Shown in pieces: positions 46,351-57,080 of a stretch of DNA of 58,235 nt. The notes beneath the pieces are model-generated. The model ran no database searches. It was not told the origin of the DNA and was given only the letters and a program-made list of their open reading frames with translations. The stretch is from an uncultured bacterium (GTDB lineage: Bacteria; Zixibacteria; MSB-5A5; CAIYYT01). A program made the translations under genes and the position numbers. The stretch is from the NCBI GenBank assembly GCA_903903945.1, contig CAIVAP010000101.1, forward strand, positions 1 to 58,235. Reading direction: 5' to 3'. Within the stretch, counting starts at the first letter, position 1, and the number at the start of each line of letters is the position of its first letter.

Positions 46351-47513
46351 AGAAGTACAATCCCGCCGAACACCAGTTTGAGACAAACGCTATTCATGCC
46401 GGTCAAGACCCTGACCCGTCTACCGGCGCGATCACTTTTCCGATCTATCAGACTTCCACTTACGTTCAGGAGGCCGTCGGCAAACACAAGGGCTACGAGT
46501 ATTCACGCACAACCAACCCAACCCGCTGCGCGCTGGAGGCCTGTTTGGCATCGCTGGAGGGAGCCAAGTACGGACTCTGTTTCGCGTCAGGAATGGCCGC
46601 GATGACGAATGTACTGTCGCTGGTAAAGGCCGGCGATCATGTGATCGCTTCGGATGATCTTTATGGCGGAACACCGCGACTGTTTGACCAGGTTTATGCC
46701 GGTTACGGTATTGAGTTCACCTACGTCGATTCGTCTTTCACCGATCGTGTGGAAGCGGCAATCAAACCCAACACCAAACTGGTTTGGATCGAGACCCCCA
46801 CCAATCCGCTGCTGAAGATTACGGAGATCAGGGCGATATCATCGCTGACTCGTCGTCACAGACTGATTCTTCTGGTTGATAACACATTCGCGACGCCTTT
46901 CTTGCAGCGACCACTTGATCTGGGCGCGGACATAGTCTTGCACTCCGTGACCAAGTACATAGCCGGTCATGCCGACACCGTCGGAGGTGTCGTAATGACT
47001 TCAAACGATGCTCACTACGAGAGAATGAAATTCCATCAGAACGCGGCCGGCGCCGTCATGGGACCGTTTGATGCTTTTCTGACAATGCGTGGCGTCAAGA
47101 CGTTAGCACTGCGGGTCGAGCGTCAATGCGAGAATGCGCTGGAATTGGCACAATATCTGGAGCAGCATCCCAAAGTCGAACGTGTGATCTATCCGTGGCT
47201 TGATTCGCATCCGCAGAAGAAGATCGCCGAGCGACAGATGCGTCTGGGGGGAGGTATTATCAGTTTTGAGATCAAGGGTGGACTGAATACGGCGTTGCAG
47301 TTTTTAGAACTGGTTCCGCTTTATTCACTAGCCGAATCGCTCGGCGGAGTGGAATCGTTGATAGAGCACCCGGCCATGATGACCCACGCGGCAATCCCCA
47401 AGGAGCGTCGTGAAGCAATCGGTATCACCGATGGCCTGATTCGCATTTCGGTTGGTATAGAGGCTTACGAGGACTTGAAGAAAGCAATTGACGCTGGCTT
47501 TGCTGCAATCTAG
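46347..47513 (+). CDS. Cystathionine gamma-lyase/gamma-synthase family (Cys/Met metabolism PLP enzyme)
   Basis: [26 protein letters not shown] and [10 protein letters not shown] motifs. The TTG start overlaps the upstream stop. Confidence 0.85.
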   Translation: MKKYNPAEHQFETNAIHAGQDPDPSTGAITFPIYQTSTYVQEAVGKHKGYEYSRTTNPTRCALEACLASLEGAKYGLCFASGMAAMTNVLSLVKAGDHVIASDDLYGGTPRLFDQVYAGYGIEFTYVDSSFTDRVEAAIKPNTKLVWIETPTNPLLKITEIRAISSLTRRHRLILLVDNTFATPFLQRPLDLGADIVLHSVTKYIAGHADTVGGVVMTSNDAHYERMKFHQNAAGAVMGPFDAFLTMRGVKTLALRVERQCENALELAQYLEQHPKVERVIYPWLDSHPQKKIAERQMRLGGGIISFEIKGGLNTALQFLELVPLYSLAESLGGVESLIEHPAMMTHAAIPKERREAIGITDGLIRISVGIEAYEDLKKAIDAGFAAI

Positions 47514-47557
47514 CGTCGGCATCGATTAGTAATTGGATGGTCGAAGCATAGGAGGCG

Positions 47558-47962
47558 ATGACTATGTACAATACTGACTACACATTTGGCGTCGAGACCA
47601 AAATGACGGTCTCCGCGGCGCGCCAGAAGATCGCAGAACTCCTTAAAGAAGAAGGATTCGGTATTCTCACCGAGATCGATGTCGCTGCCACTTTGAAGAA
47701 GAAGATCGACGTTGATTTCCGACCCTATTTGATTCTCGGCGCCTGCAATCCCAAGATCGCAAATGAGGCGCTCGGGCTGGAACTCGAAATCGGGTCGCTA
47801 CTCCCCTGCAACGTTATCGTGTATCAGAACGACAAGGGTGGAACGAATATCGCGTTCATGGATCCGCTGGTGGCGATGGCATCGACGGGCAATAAGGGTT
47901 TGGCGCAGCACGCGAAAATAGTCAGAGACAAACTGATGAGCGTGGCAAGGAAGCTGGAGTAA
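47558..47962 (+). CDS. DUF302 domain protein
   Basis: EEGFGILTEIDVAATLKKK...ILGACNP...LLPCNVIVY. Confidence 0.75.
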   Translation: MTMYNTDYTFGVETKMTVSAARQKIAELLKEEGFGILTEIDVAATLKKKIDVDFRPYLILGACNPKIANEALGLELEIGSLLPCNVIVYQNDKGGTNIAFMDPLVAMASTGNKGLAQHAKIVRDKLMSVARKLE

Positions 47963-48133
47963 CAGTAGCTACGGGCATTGCGGCTGCTCGTCCATCTTGC
48001 CAATGTCTGCTACCTATCAAACTGTTTGCTTGTAATTTTATTCACCACATCATAGTTTTCTCAACTGAATGATGCGATCACAATACGCTCTTGAACGCAC
48101 ATCTCCTAAATATGAATTAAGGACGAACTAACC

Positions 48134-50374
48134 ATGGACGAATTGACAATCTGGCAGGCGATCAAAGAAGACACTGAAAACGAAATCAATGGATTTCTCA
48201 AGCGGCAATTTGAAACCGGGTCGGTTGACCGACTGATCTACGAGAAGGCGATCTCGCCGGTCGGTGTGTTCGGAAATCTGTGCCGCTGGATGGATTCACC
48301 GGATTTGACCCGTATATCGCCCAATGCCAAGCGCGGTATATTTTCGGCAATCTTCGCCAATCGCTGGGATGACCTCAACGAAGCGTTCTTCACCGAAGTC
48401 GAATTCGGCACCGGCGGAATCCGGGGGCGCGCCGCGATCTCGGATTGGGAGTTGGAATTACTGCGCGATCAGGGAATTGACGCGCCGTTTTTGCGTGGGC
48501 CCAACACGATCAACGACATCGTGCTGATGCAGAAATCAGCGGCCATCGCCAAGTTCGCCAATCAACGCGGTTTCAAGTCGCTGGTGATCGGCTATGACAG
48601 CCGCATCCGAGGAAGAGATTTCGCCAAGATCGTCGCCGAGGTGTTCATCTATTACGGACTAAAGGTGTATCTCTTTGATGATGTCGTCCCCTATCCCGAA
48701 GTGACTTTCGCCATTCCGACAATGAAGGCTGATATGGGCATTCTTCTCTCGGCCAGCCACAATGATCGGCGTTACAATGGCTACAAGTTTTCCTGCGGCA
48801 ACGGCTCGCAGTTTTCGGTCAGTGAGCGACGATTGATCTTGACTGAGTTTATCGGCAAGACCGGCTTTGACGAGATTCACCAGAAGCGCCTCGAAGATAC
48901 TTCCATCGAGCAATTAGAATTCCTCGGTGGTAGCGGTCAGTTGAAGAGTGTCAGCTACTACAACTACACCGGTAAACCGTTCAACATGCACCAGAAACAT
49001 TTCCAGCAGATTAAGTCGTTTATCCTTGATCCCAAACTGGTAGAGCGCTACGCTAAGAAAATACATCTTGCGTTTTGTGCTTACAACGGCGCAGGGCGTG
49101 ATGCGGTGCCGCGATTGGTTAAGGCGCTCAAGATAGACAAGCTCGATATCATCTCCGTCATGAATCCGATTGACGGCATGTTTCCGGCGTTTGATGACCT
49201 CAAAAGCCCCAAGGGCAAAAAGGTCTACCAACAACCCGATCCGGGGGATAAGTTTGCCGCCAAGAAAGCGGTCACCGAGTATATCAAAGAATTCGGAGAG
49301 AAGCGGTTTGCTGAGGTCGACATGTTGATCGGCACCGACCCAGATGCTGACCGGGTAGGTGTGGTCGTGCCCGTACCCAAGAGCCACCGCGAGATTTATG
49401 GCGCCGACCATACTCTGCTGGACGCCGACACCGCCTGGTCGATTCTGCTCTGGTATCGAATGGAGAAGATGAAAGCGGCGAAGATTGATTTCGGGAAATA
49501 CTTCTTCGTACAATCGCACACAACGACCGACGTCATGCCACTTTTGTGTGACAAGTATGGTATCCCCTGGATCAAAACCTGGGTCGGCTTTGCGCAGTTG
49601 GCTGCCGCCGTTCAGCGCGTCTGGGAGGATCAGCCGATAACCAAAGACATCTACTGGACGATTTACGATTTTGCGAACCTGACTCCCGAAGCAACTATCA
49701 ATGTTGCCGCTCTGGAACAATCCAACGGCTTCAGCATTCTCGGCGGCAAACCCAAGGACGACATGTCGATGGGCGCACACGGCCATGTTCGCGATAAGGA
49801 CGGCATCTTTGCTGCGATTCTGCTTGTGGAAGTGCTCGCTTATGCCAAGTCGATCGGCAAGTCGATTGTGGAACTGGTTGACGAGAAACTGTACCTCGAT
49901 CCGGGCATCGGGCTGATTCGCACCGGTTACCGTCCGGCACCGGTTTATGGCCAATATGAAGGCATCGAAGGACGCTCAACCAAGATGAAGGTGATTCACA
50001 AAGCCGAAGCGCTGATGGATCAGGTCAAGGCGGGTAAGACGGTCAAATTCGCCGATCTAAAGGCCACGAGATTCGAAGTCTACAAGACCGGCAAGTACGA
50101 TATTCAGCATGGCTACTCGCAGGGATACAATCCGGACGATCCCTCGACTTTCGGTTTCCCAGATGAAGGCATTCGCTTCTTCTTTGGGGATGACTTTAAC
50201 CACCTGACAATCAGACCATCGGGCACCTCGCAGAGTTTGAGGTTCCATATCCAGTTGCGCGACATCGATGTCAAGAAGAGCAATCTAAAAGCAAGACGCA
50301 TTGCCATGGAAAAATGCATCACGGCGATTTTCGAGGATGTCGGCAAGAAGCTGGACGTTGACTGGGATGAGTGA
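48134..50374 (+). CDS. Alpha-D-phosphohexomutase family protein (phosphoglucomutase/phosphomannomutase-like)
   Basis: Active-site loop LLSASHNDRRYNGYKF, metal loop GTDPDADR and IRPSGT near the C-terminus. Confidence 0.8.
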   Translation: MDELTIWQAIKEDTENEINGFLKRQFETGSVDRLIYEKAISPVGVFGNLCRWMDSPDLTRISPNAKRGIFSAIFANRWDDLNEAFFTEVEFGTGGIRGRAAISDWELELLRDQGIDAPFLRGPNTINDIVLMQKSAAIAKFANQRGFKSLVIGYDSRIRGRDFAKIVAEVFIYYGLKVYLFDDVVPYPEVTFAIPTMKADMGILLSASHNDRRYNGYKFSCGNGSQFSVSERRLILTEFIGKTGFDEIHQKRLEDTSIEQLEFLGGSGQLKSVSYYNYTGKPFNMHQKHFQQIKSFILDPKLVERYAKKIHLAFCAYNGAGRDAVPRLVKALKIDKLDIISVMNPIDGMFPAFDDLKSPKGKKVYQQPDPGDKFAAKKAVTEYIKEFGEKRFAEVDMLIGTDPDADRVGVVVPVPKSHREIYGADHTLLDADTAWSILLWYRMEKMKAAKIDFGKYFFVQSHTTTDVMPLLCDKYGIPWIKTWVGFAQLAAAVQRVWEDQPITKDIYWTIYDFANLTPEATINVAALEQSNGFSILGGKPKDDMSMGAHGHVRDKDGIFAAILLVEVLAYAKSIGKSIVELVDEKLYLDPGIGLIRTGYRPAPVYGQYEGIEGRSTKMKVIHKAEALMDQVKAGKTVKFADLKATRFEVYKTGKYDIQHGYSQGYNPDDPSTFGFPDEGIRFFFGDDFNHLTIRPSGTSQSLRFHIQLRDIDVKKSNLKARRIAMEKCITAIFEDVGKKLDVDWDE

Positions 50375-50944
50375 AGTCGCGTCGTCATAGGCACGCTCAG
50401 GTTATTCTCGCGGACGCAAGAATTTAGAATTCGTGTGCTGTCAGGTTCGGTAGTTTCTGGCGCCACGACCAGACGAATACTCTCCCATCCGACGCATCCT
50501 GGCTAAGTGCAGCGCTCTGAATCAAAACCTATGTTGTCTCTTCATGGCCTTGGCACTTGGACTCGCCGGGGCTGCTGCACCACTCCGATCAAGGCGGTCA
50601 GTACGCCGCCGTGGATAAGTGTCGCCGCCTACGCTCTTAGCTCCATTATAGTCCCCATCGTAGCCGTTAATTGGTTTCGCGTTGAAACACCGGCAACTAC
50701 TTTGTCCCAAATCGGTACTCCTCGATTCTAATGGTAATTGCCATTCGGTACCGGCACGAGGAATCGAAGACTAACCTAAAATCTGACGGCTATTGACCGA
50801 CAATAGAACCAAGGGGGGAACTCTGATTTTTCAAGGAAGATAAGACCAAGGACCACTGAAAGGGACGGAGAAATAATGAGAACTACTTTTCTATCATTCA
50901 CCAAGAAGACAAATTCAAAGACCATCAAAAGGGATGGAGGAAAA

Positions 50945-51487
50945 ATGAGAACAACATTTACATCAATGTGCGCAATGGCTGCTCTGGTAGCGGCTTTGTG
51001 GGTGTCGCCGGTTCTGGCCGCCGATGTCACTGTCACCGCAACTATCTTGAGCGTGAGTGTATCGGTGACGAGTGGCTCACCTGTCGCTTTCGGTATTGTG
51101 GCCGCTTCGAGCACGACTCGTTCGACAGTAGCGGCGGTAATTGCTAATGACGGCAACGTCGACGAGACATATTCCCTGAGCTTGACCGATCCCGTCGCCG
51201 ATTGGACATTTCACGCGACGACGCCCGGAGCCAACGTGTATGTCTTAAGCGCCATGTTTAGCACTGCAGCGCCGGGAGCCGCCTTCGGCGCCGAGGATGC
51301 GCTGACCGACACTCCGGCAGCATGCACTGCCGCGAAGTTCGGCAACACCGCTGCTGCGGAAAGCGGTCTCGTCGTTCCGGAGTCTGAAGCTCGGAATTTG
51401 TGGTTGGAGTTTAAGGCGCCTACAACCACGTCCAGTTATGCTCAAAAAACTATCACCGTGACCATAACAGCAGCAGACGCCAGCTAA
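50945..51487 (+). CDS. Hypothetical secreted beta-rich protein
   Basis: ATG 50945 is preceded by GGAGGAAAA. Signal peptide MRTTFTSMCAMAALVAALWVSPVLA. The track ORF starts 69 nt upstream at a duplicated start region. Confidence 0.5.
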   Translation: MRTTFTSMCAMAALVAALWVSPVLAADVTVTATILSVSVSVTSGSPVAFGIVAASSTTRSTVAAVIANDGNVDETYSLSLTDPVADWTFHATTPGANVYVLSAMFSTAAPGAAFGAEDALTDTPAACTAAKFGNTAAAESGLVVPESEARNLWLEFKAPTTTSSYAQKTITVTITAADAS

Positions 51488-51567
51488 GAGATCGGCAACG
51501 AGACGGATTGTTAGAAGAAGAAGCTGAGAATCGGAGTCTCCGCTTCATCTCTGTGGGAGATCACAAA

Positions 51568-52485
51568 ATGAAAACCGCATCAAATGGATTTGCGACTACC
51601 GGACTGTTTATCCTGACACTTTTTGTTGCCACCGCCCTGCAGGCGGCAGGGCTGAGCACCAGCTTGGGTGAAGTGGTTGTCGAGAACCTGCAGGTGGGTC
51701 AGACTTACAGCTTGAAGCAGTTGGCGAACGTGCGCCTGAGCGTCGCCAACAACAGCGATGACAGTGTGGCTTTGAAAATGGATATTCTGTCACCGGACAG
51801 TTCGGAGTTGAGGAAGGGATCGAGCCAGATTCCGGACATTTCCTGGTTAAAACTTAGCCCGGACAACTTTGTGCTGGGCCCAAACGAGATCGCTTTATCG
51901 GATATCACACTCTCCATCCCGGACGAAAATCGGTATCTCGGAAAAAAGTATCAGGTGGCGATTTGGTCTCATACTGTGGCTCTTGCCGGTCGCGCGCTGT
52001 CTTTGGGTTTAGGGTTGAAATCCAGGATAATATTCACTACCGACACCGCGAGAGCACCGGCAAATAAGATAGTCAAGTCTTCCGATGCCAGCGTTGAGCT
52101 TGTGCTAAATCCTGCGAACCTGTTTTTGGATGATGTGGAACCGGGCACGGCTTATGATCCCGAAGCCCGGAAAGGTTCGGTTCTAACAGTATCTAACCAC
52201 AGTGGACATGAACAATTGTTGCGATTACGCAGTTTGACGGTAGGCAATTCGGTAGCCACGCTCACCAGCGGATACGAAGATGCTCCCGATGCTTCCTTCC
52301 TGAGATTCAGCGAGAATGAGTTCGTTCTTCCCGCCTACGGCACAAAGGAAGTGAAGGTATATCTCGACTTTTCTCGGCGAACGGAGTATCTCGGCAAGCG
52401 ATTTATGTTCATCATTCACGCATCTGTCGTTGGCGAAAAAGTCAGTGCCGGGGTCTATTCGAGAGTCTACGCCTCGATCAAATAG
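51568..52485 (+). CDS. Hypothetical secreted protein with two internally repeated beta-sandwich-like halves
   Basis: Signal peptide, and two halves ending in ...RYLGKKYQVAIWSH and ...EYLGKRFMFIIHAS. Confidence 0.5.
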   Translation: MKTASNGFATTGLFILTLFVATALQAAGLSTSLGEVVVENLQVGQTYSLKQLANVRLSVANNSDDSVALKMDILSPDSSELRKGSSQIPDISWLKLSPDNFVLGPNEIALSDITLSIPDENRYLGKKYQVAIWSHTVALAGRALSLGLGLKSRIIFTTDTARAPANKIVKSSDASVELVLNPANLFLDDVEPGTAYDPEARKGSVLTVSNHSGHEQLLRLRSLTVGNSVATLTSGYEDAPDASFLRFSENEFVLPAYGTKEVKVYLDFSRRTEYLGKRFMFIIHASVVGEKVSAGVYSRVYASIK

Positions 52486-52507
52486 AAATAGATAGAAGGG
52501 TTGGCGA

Positions 52508-53218
52508 ATGAGAATAAGCAAAAGTCGCATCCTGGCAACATCGATGGCAGTGGCTGTCATGGCAATAATCATGCCGGTTTCGCTGGTGCCTTCTGTAGGC
52601 GGCACGTTTTTCCAAACTGCGACCGCCGCTACTTCGGCCACAGTCACGGTGACCGTAACGCTGGCCCCCGCGTCAGTCACGATTTCCGGCAGCACGGATG
52701 TAGTTGGCGCGACCCTGACTTATGGAACGCAGGACTCGACCGCGATTGCAGGCGCGTTAGGCGCCTACTCGTTCGCTGTCCCCTACGACTGGACAGGCGT
52801 GGTAACGCCGACCATGACCGGATACACTTTTGTGCCCGATCACCTGGACTTTGCCAATATCCTGGCAGACACAAGCGGTAACGATTTCACTCCATCACTG
52901 ATAGTCGCCGTCGAACAGGACTTCGACAATGGCATTCCCAAGGAATACTCGCTTGGGCAGAACTATCCGAACCCATTCAACCTATCTACTGTAATTCCCT
53001 TTGCATTGCCCCGCGCTGGATTCGCGAGTCTGAAGATATATAATATCGTCGGTCAGGAAGTTGCCAACCTCATCGCAGGTAATCTTCCGGCTGGTTCCTT
53101 CCGAGCCACGTGGGGCGGAAAGGATATGAACGGGGAAACAGTCTCCTCGGGAATATACCTCTATCGCTTGAAGGCCGGCGATTACGCTGAAACCAGGAAG
53201 ATGCTGCTGATGAAATAG
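52508..53218 (+). CDS. Secreted protein with a T9SS (Por) C-terminal sorting domain
   Basis: The C-terminus LGQNYPNPFNLSTVIPFALP...ASLKIYNIVGQEVANL...GIYLYRLKAGDY..RKMLLMK is typical of the type A CTD. Confidence 0.75.
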   Translation: MRISKSRILATSMAVAVMAIIMPVSLVPSVGGTFFQTATAATSATVTVTVTLAPASVTISGSTDVVGATLTYGTQDSTAIAGALGAYSFAVPYDWTGVVTPTMTGYTFVPDHLDFANILADTSGNDFTPSLIVAVEQDFDNGIPKEYSLGQNYPNPFNLSTVIPFALPRAGFASLKIYNIVGQEVANLIAGNLPAGSFRATWGGKDMNGETVSSGIYLYRLKAGDYAETRKMLLMK

Positions 53219-53241
53219 TAGCATTATTGATGCAATATACG

Positions 53242-53267
53242 GCGGACAGATCACTTGATCTGTCCGC
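53242..53267. repeat. Perfect 11-bp hairpin
   Basis: GCGGACAGATC actt GATCTGTCCGC. Confidence 0.6.
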
Positions 53268-53280
53268 ACTGTCTTAAAGA

Positions 53281-53312
53281 AAAGCCCTCACGTCTGTAAG
53301 GGCTTTTCTTTT
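53281..53312 (+). terminator. Rho-independent terminator after the T9SS-CTD gene
   Basis: AAAGCCCT cacgtctgta AGGGCTTT followed by TCTTTT. Confidence 0.6.
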
Positions 53313-53351
53313 GAGCGCACCGGCAAGAATCCTTTCCTGCCGGATCAGCAA

Positions 53352-53387
53352 GGTAGGCAGGGGCGTCAGGAAGGGATTCCTGACGCC
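53352..53387. repeat. GTAG-prefixed 11-bp perfect hairpin (REP-like)
   Basis: gtaggcagg GGCGTCAGGAA ggga TTCCTGACGCC. A partial direct repeat (ggattcccgacgcc) lies 13 nt downstream. Confidence 0.55.
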
Positions 53388-53448
53388 GCCTGAATAAAGG
53401 ATTCCCGACGCCTGGTGACTGTCGGTTTTTCAACAGTCCCAGTTTCTT

Positions 53449-54978
53449 CTACTTAATCTGTAGAGTCTTTGGGTCGCGCAACGGTATGATCGTGATCTGC
53501 CCAAAATCAGAAAAACGCTCGTTGTGTTTATCCGACCCTTTCTGCACAGCCTCCGGATCACCGATCACCAAGAACACCAACTGATCCGGATGCAAGTATT
53601 TCTGCGCCACGGCGAGCACATCATCCGGCGTTATGGCTTTCATGTTCTTTGTGTAGTTCTGCCAATAGTCATCGGGGCGATGGGTGTATTCGTCATCCGC
53701 GAACGTATTGACAATACTGTTTTTGCTGGCGAAGGGATTGACCACATCGCTGATGAAACTGGCTTTGGAATTCTCGACTATCTCCGCGTCGCATTTTTCG
53801 GTGCGGATACGCTTGATTTCGTCGACAATCAGTCTGGTACCGAATGCCGCAGTAGCGTGCTTGGTTTGGAACCACGCTTGGAAGGTGCCCGGGTACAGGA
53901 CCGGACGATCGAACATACTGCCGGCGTTGTAGGCCAGACCTTCGTCGGAGCGCACCCGACGCATAATCCGCGAATTAAAACCACCGCCGCCAAGAATATC
54001 GTTCATGACCATCAGGGCATACTGATCGGGAATATCCCGCTTGACGCCGGCATGTCCTACCCGGATGCGCGACTGGTTGACATCTTCCTTCTTGATCATG
54101 TACACGCCCGGCTTTGGAGAGGGAATCTGATCTGACAAAGCAGGAAGAGTTAGCTGCTGCTCAGGCCAGTCGCTGAGCAGGTTGTCCAGCTTAGTCAGAA
54201 TCTCAGCGGTCTTGAAATCTCCCGAAACCGCAAGGATGAAGTTTTTCGGGAAGAAGTACTTCTGGTGGAAAGCGATCAAGTCGTCCCGTGTAATCGAATT
54301 GATCGACTGTTCAGTGCGACGATACGGAATCGTTGAGGGGTAGTCGCCATACATTAGGAACTGCCACTCGCGTGATTCAATGGCGGACGCTGAGGAATTG
54401 CGCTGCTCCATTTCCGAGAGAACATCCCCACGGTAGCGAGTAAGCGCCTCTTGATCGAAAACCGGAGAATGCAAGATCTTCTTCAGCAGCCCCAGTCCCT
54501 CGTCGACGTCCTTCGACAGGCAAAATAGACTGGCCCGACCCCGCGAGTCGCCGATATTGACCGAGATTTCTCCGGCAAGGTAAGCAAGCCGCTCGTCGAG
54601 TTGCTTGGTGGTCATTCCCTGAACACCGCCATTGCGCATTAGGTAACCGGTCATATCCGCCAATCCGGCTTTTTCCACCGGTTCGTACATCGAGCCGGTT
54701 CGAATGGAAATCGTCAATTCGAAAGTCGGAACTACCGGGTTCTCCACCACATAGGCGGTGACACCGCATTTCAACGTATGTCGGTAGCCATCCGGCTTGG
54801 GCGGCTGATATTTCAATTCCTCGTATTTCAGTTTGTCGGGATGATCAACGATTTTATCTGCCAGGATTCCGGAGTTGGAAGTCAGAACGATGGCGAACGC
54901 CGCAATCAAGGCAAGCGTCATCGACCGGCGGAACAGCAATCTGTATTGTCTTATCATGTAAGTTCTCCTTTGACGCAT
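53449..54978 (-). CDS. M16-family (pitrilysin/insulinase-like) peptidase, subunit without an obvious HxxEH motif
   Basis: 509 aa with a signal peptide and M16 C-terminal-type domains. Immediately downstream of the HxxEH-bearing partner. Confidence 0.8.
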   Translation of the reverse strand: MRQRRTYMIRQYRLLFRRSMTLALIAAFAIVLTSNSGILADKIVDHPDKLKYEELKYQPPKPDGYRHTLKCGVTAYVVENPVVPTFELTISIRTGSMYEPVEKAGLADMTGYLMRNGGVQGMTTKQLDERLAYLAGEISVNIGDSRGRASLFCLSKDVDEGLGLLKKILHSPVFDQEALTRYRGDVLSEMEQRNSSASAIESREWQFLMYGDYPSTIPYRRTEQSINSITRDDLIAFHQKYFFPKNFILAVSGDFKTAEILTKLDNLLSDWPEQQLTLPALSDQIPSPKPGVYMIKKEDVNQSRIRVGHAGVKRDIPDQYALMVMNDILGGGGFNSRIMRRVRSDEGLAYNAGSMFDRPVLYPGTFQAWFQTKHATAAFGTRLIVDEIKRIRTEKCDAEIVENSKASFISDVVNPFASKNSIVNTFADDEYTHRPDDYWQNYTKNMKAITPDDVLAVAQKYLHPDQLVFLVIGDPEAVQKGSDKHNERFSDFGQITIIPLRDPKTLQIK

Positions 54979-54981
54979 ATC

Positions 54982-56835
54982 CTATTTGTCCTTGGTAGCT
55001 TTGAGCTCTTTGAGATGCTCGTTGGCGATCTTGAGCAGCTTTTCCATCTGGGCCTTATCTTTGGGATCCTCCACCTTGTCCAACTGCATCGAAAACATGC
55101 CGATCATTTGCTCGAGTCTGGCAGGGTCTTTCATCGACTTGACCATTTGCACGGCCTGAGCAAACTGGGGATCCTCACCCTGCTCACCACCGGCAGCAGA
55201 TTCCGCTTTGGTGTTAATGAGCAGCACATTTCGCTGATTTTTGGCGAAATACTCATTGGCTACGCGCTGAACATCGGCGGCTGTCACCAGATCGTTCTTC
55301 TTTGGACCGTTGTTGGCTTCGGTCCAGTCACCCATAGCGGCATTCTGACCGAGGAAAAACAGAATGCCCATTCCCGACATGAAGTCAATGGCGCGAATGC
55401 TCTGTACGCGTAGCTGGTTTTTGACCTTCTGCAATTCGTCTTCGGGCACCGGATTTTTCTGCAGATCTTCGATGACTTCGTAAATCCCCGCCTCCAATTG
55501 CTCCGGTTTGGCGCCGGAGATTCCCTCAGCCGACACCTGGAATGCTCCGGCGTACTTCCGGGAATCCTGAGCGGCATCAACGGCCTGGCCGCCGCCGCCC
55601 CCCATCATCCGTCCTCCACCTCCGGAGGAGCTCTTGGCAATGCCTTTCTCCTCAACCAATTTCTTATATAGCCGCCCTGTTTTCCCTCCCATGATTCCGC
55701 TCAACACGTCCAAAGGATAGCTGTCGGGATGTTTCCAAGCGACCGTATGATACCAAATTTCCGCCTTCGGGCTGGTTTCCGCTTCGGCAATCAGCCGCTT
55801 TTCTCCATATTGTTTCTCTTCGAGAGTCACAACATCCGGAGGAGATGTCTTGCCACGCGGAATTCGCTCGAAATACTTCTTGACCATCTTAATCAATTCA
55901 TCGGGATTCAGGTCGCCCACTAGGATCATGGTCAAGTTATTGGGCGCATAGTAAGTGCCAAAATACGAATCAGCCTGCTCGCGGGTAATCGAACCCAAAT
56001 CGGAAGGCCAACCGAGGACTTCCCAGTGATATGATGAGGATTTCCAGAACATGGCGCTGAAATCCTCCTCGATCAGTCCGGTCGGCGTCGACTCCAAGCT
56101 CAGGCGACGTTCTTCACGGACGACATCCCGCTCAGAGTAGAATTCCCGGAAAACCGGATGGTTAAAACGATCAGACTCCAGCCACATGTATAATTCCATC
56201 TTGTTCTTGGGGAGACGAATGAAGTATCCGGTCATGTCCTGAGACGTAAAGGCGTTCAGAAAATAGCCCCCGTTCTTGGTGTAGAGTTCATCAAGTTGAT
56301 CTTTGATGATCAATTTGCGTTCTTCGAGAATCAGACTGTCAAATACGACTTCGATTTCCCGATATCGCGGGGTCTTCGCCTCGGGATCGAGCATGTCTTT
56401 GATCTGTCCCCGGCGTAATTCCTCACGCATCGTTCGTTCTTCGGCCCGCATCAGCACCCGCAGCGAGTCGAGTCGGGCCATCACTTCAAGGTCGCGCTTG
56501 ATATCGGTTGTTCCGATCGTCTCGGTTCCTTTGAACATCATGTGCTCGAATAGATGCGAAATGCCGGTAATGCCTGGAACTTCGTTCGCCGAACCAACCC
56601 GGGCGAAAATCGAAGCCATAACTGTCGGGGCATCGTGCCGCTCTACCATCAGAACCTGCATGCCATTATCGAGCTTGAATTCTTTGGCATCAATTGTCTG
56701 TGCGACTGCAGGAACCGTAGCGGCGAAAGTCATCATCACGCAGATGAAAACTGCAGGCAATATGCGTCTCTCCACGATCCGCTCCTTTGAGGATTTTGGT
56801 GTATGTCTAATAAGTTGTACTTCCTTCGTCGTCAT
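54982..56835 (-). CDS. M16-family zinc peptidase
   Basis: GISHLFEHMMFKGT contains the HxxEH motif. The start is taken at MTTKEV (56835), ahead of the signal peptide, and is uncertain. Gly-rich insertion SSSGGGGRMMGGGGG. Confidence 0.8.
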   Translation of the reverse strand: MTTKEVQLIRHTPKSSKERIVERRILPAVFICVMMTFAATVPAVAQTIDAKEFKLDNGMQVLMVERHDAPTVMASIFARVGSANEVPGITGISHLFEHMMFKGTETIGTTDIKRDLEVMARLDSLRVLMRAEERTMREELRRGQIKDMLDPEAKTPRYREIEVVFDSLILEERKLIIKDQLDELYTKNGGYFLNAFTSQDMTGYFIRLPKNKMELYMWLESDRFNHPVFREFYSERDVVREERRLSLESTPTGLIEEDFSAMFWKSSSYHWEVLGWPSDLGSITREQADSYFGTYYAPNNLTMILVGDLNPDELIKMVKKYFERIPRGKTSPPDVVTLEEKQYGEKRLIAEAETSPKAEIWYHTVAWKHPDSYPLDVLSGIMGGKTGRLYKKLVEEKGIAKSSSGGGGRMMGGGGGQAVDAAQDSRKYAGAFQVSAEGISGAKPEQLEAGIYEVIEDLQKNPVPEDELQKVKNQLRVQSIRAIDFMSGMGILFFLGQNAAMGDWTEANNGPKKNDLVTAADVQRVANEYFAKNQRNVLLINTKAESAAGGEQGEDPQFAQAVQMVKSMKDPARLEQMIGMFSMQLDKVEDPKDKAQMEKLLKIANEHLKELKATKDK

Positions 56836-57080
56836 TTGATCGTGCAGAATAGTCAGTTGTCGCTGGCGTGTCAAGCCAATACGGGCGTCTTTGGGGTCTT
56901 GTTGGAATATCCCGGCTGGTCTGATTCGAGATTCCAACCCAAGTTCTCCCCTTGCCTTTGGAAATCCGACAGTGTAAATTGGGGTCCTGCGCAAACTGTT
57001 TTACGCAGCCCCGGGTGCCTGATATTGCGTATTATCATTGGGCAGGGCGTTAGTTGGAGTCAGAGAAGGCGAGGTTCGCG

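Noticed and set aside
48914-49954. 346-aa minus-strand ORF
   Set aside because: It lies entirely antisense within the phosphohexomutase gene, whose active-site and metal-binding loops are intact.
50507-50731. 74-aa plus-strand and 62-aa minus-strand ORFs in the 570-nt gap before the secreted-protein cluster
   Set aside because: They have no RBS, overlap each other on opposite strands, and have unremarkable composition. They are left as unexplained intergenic sequence.
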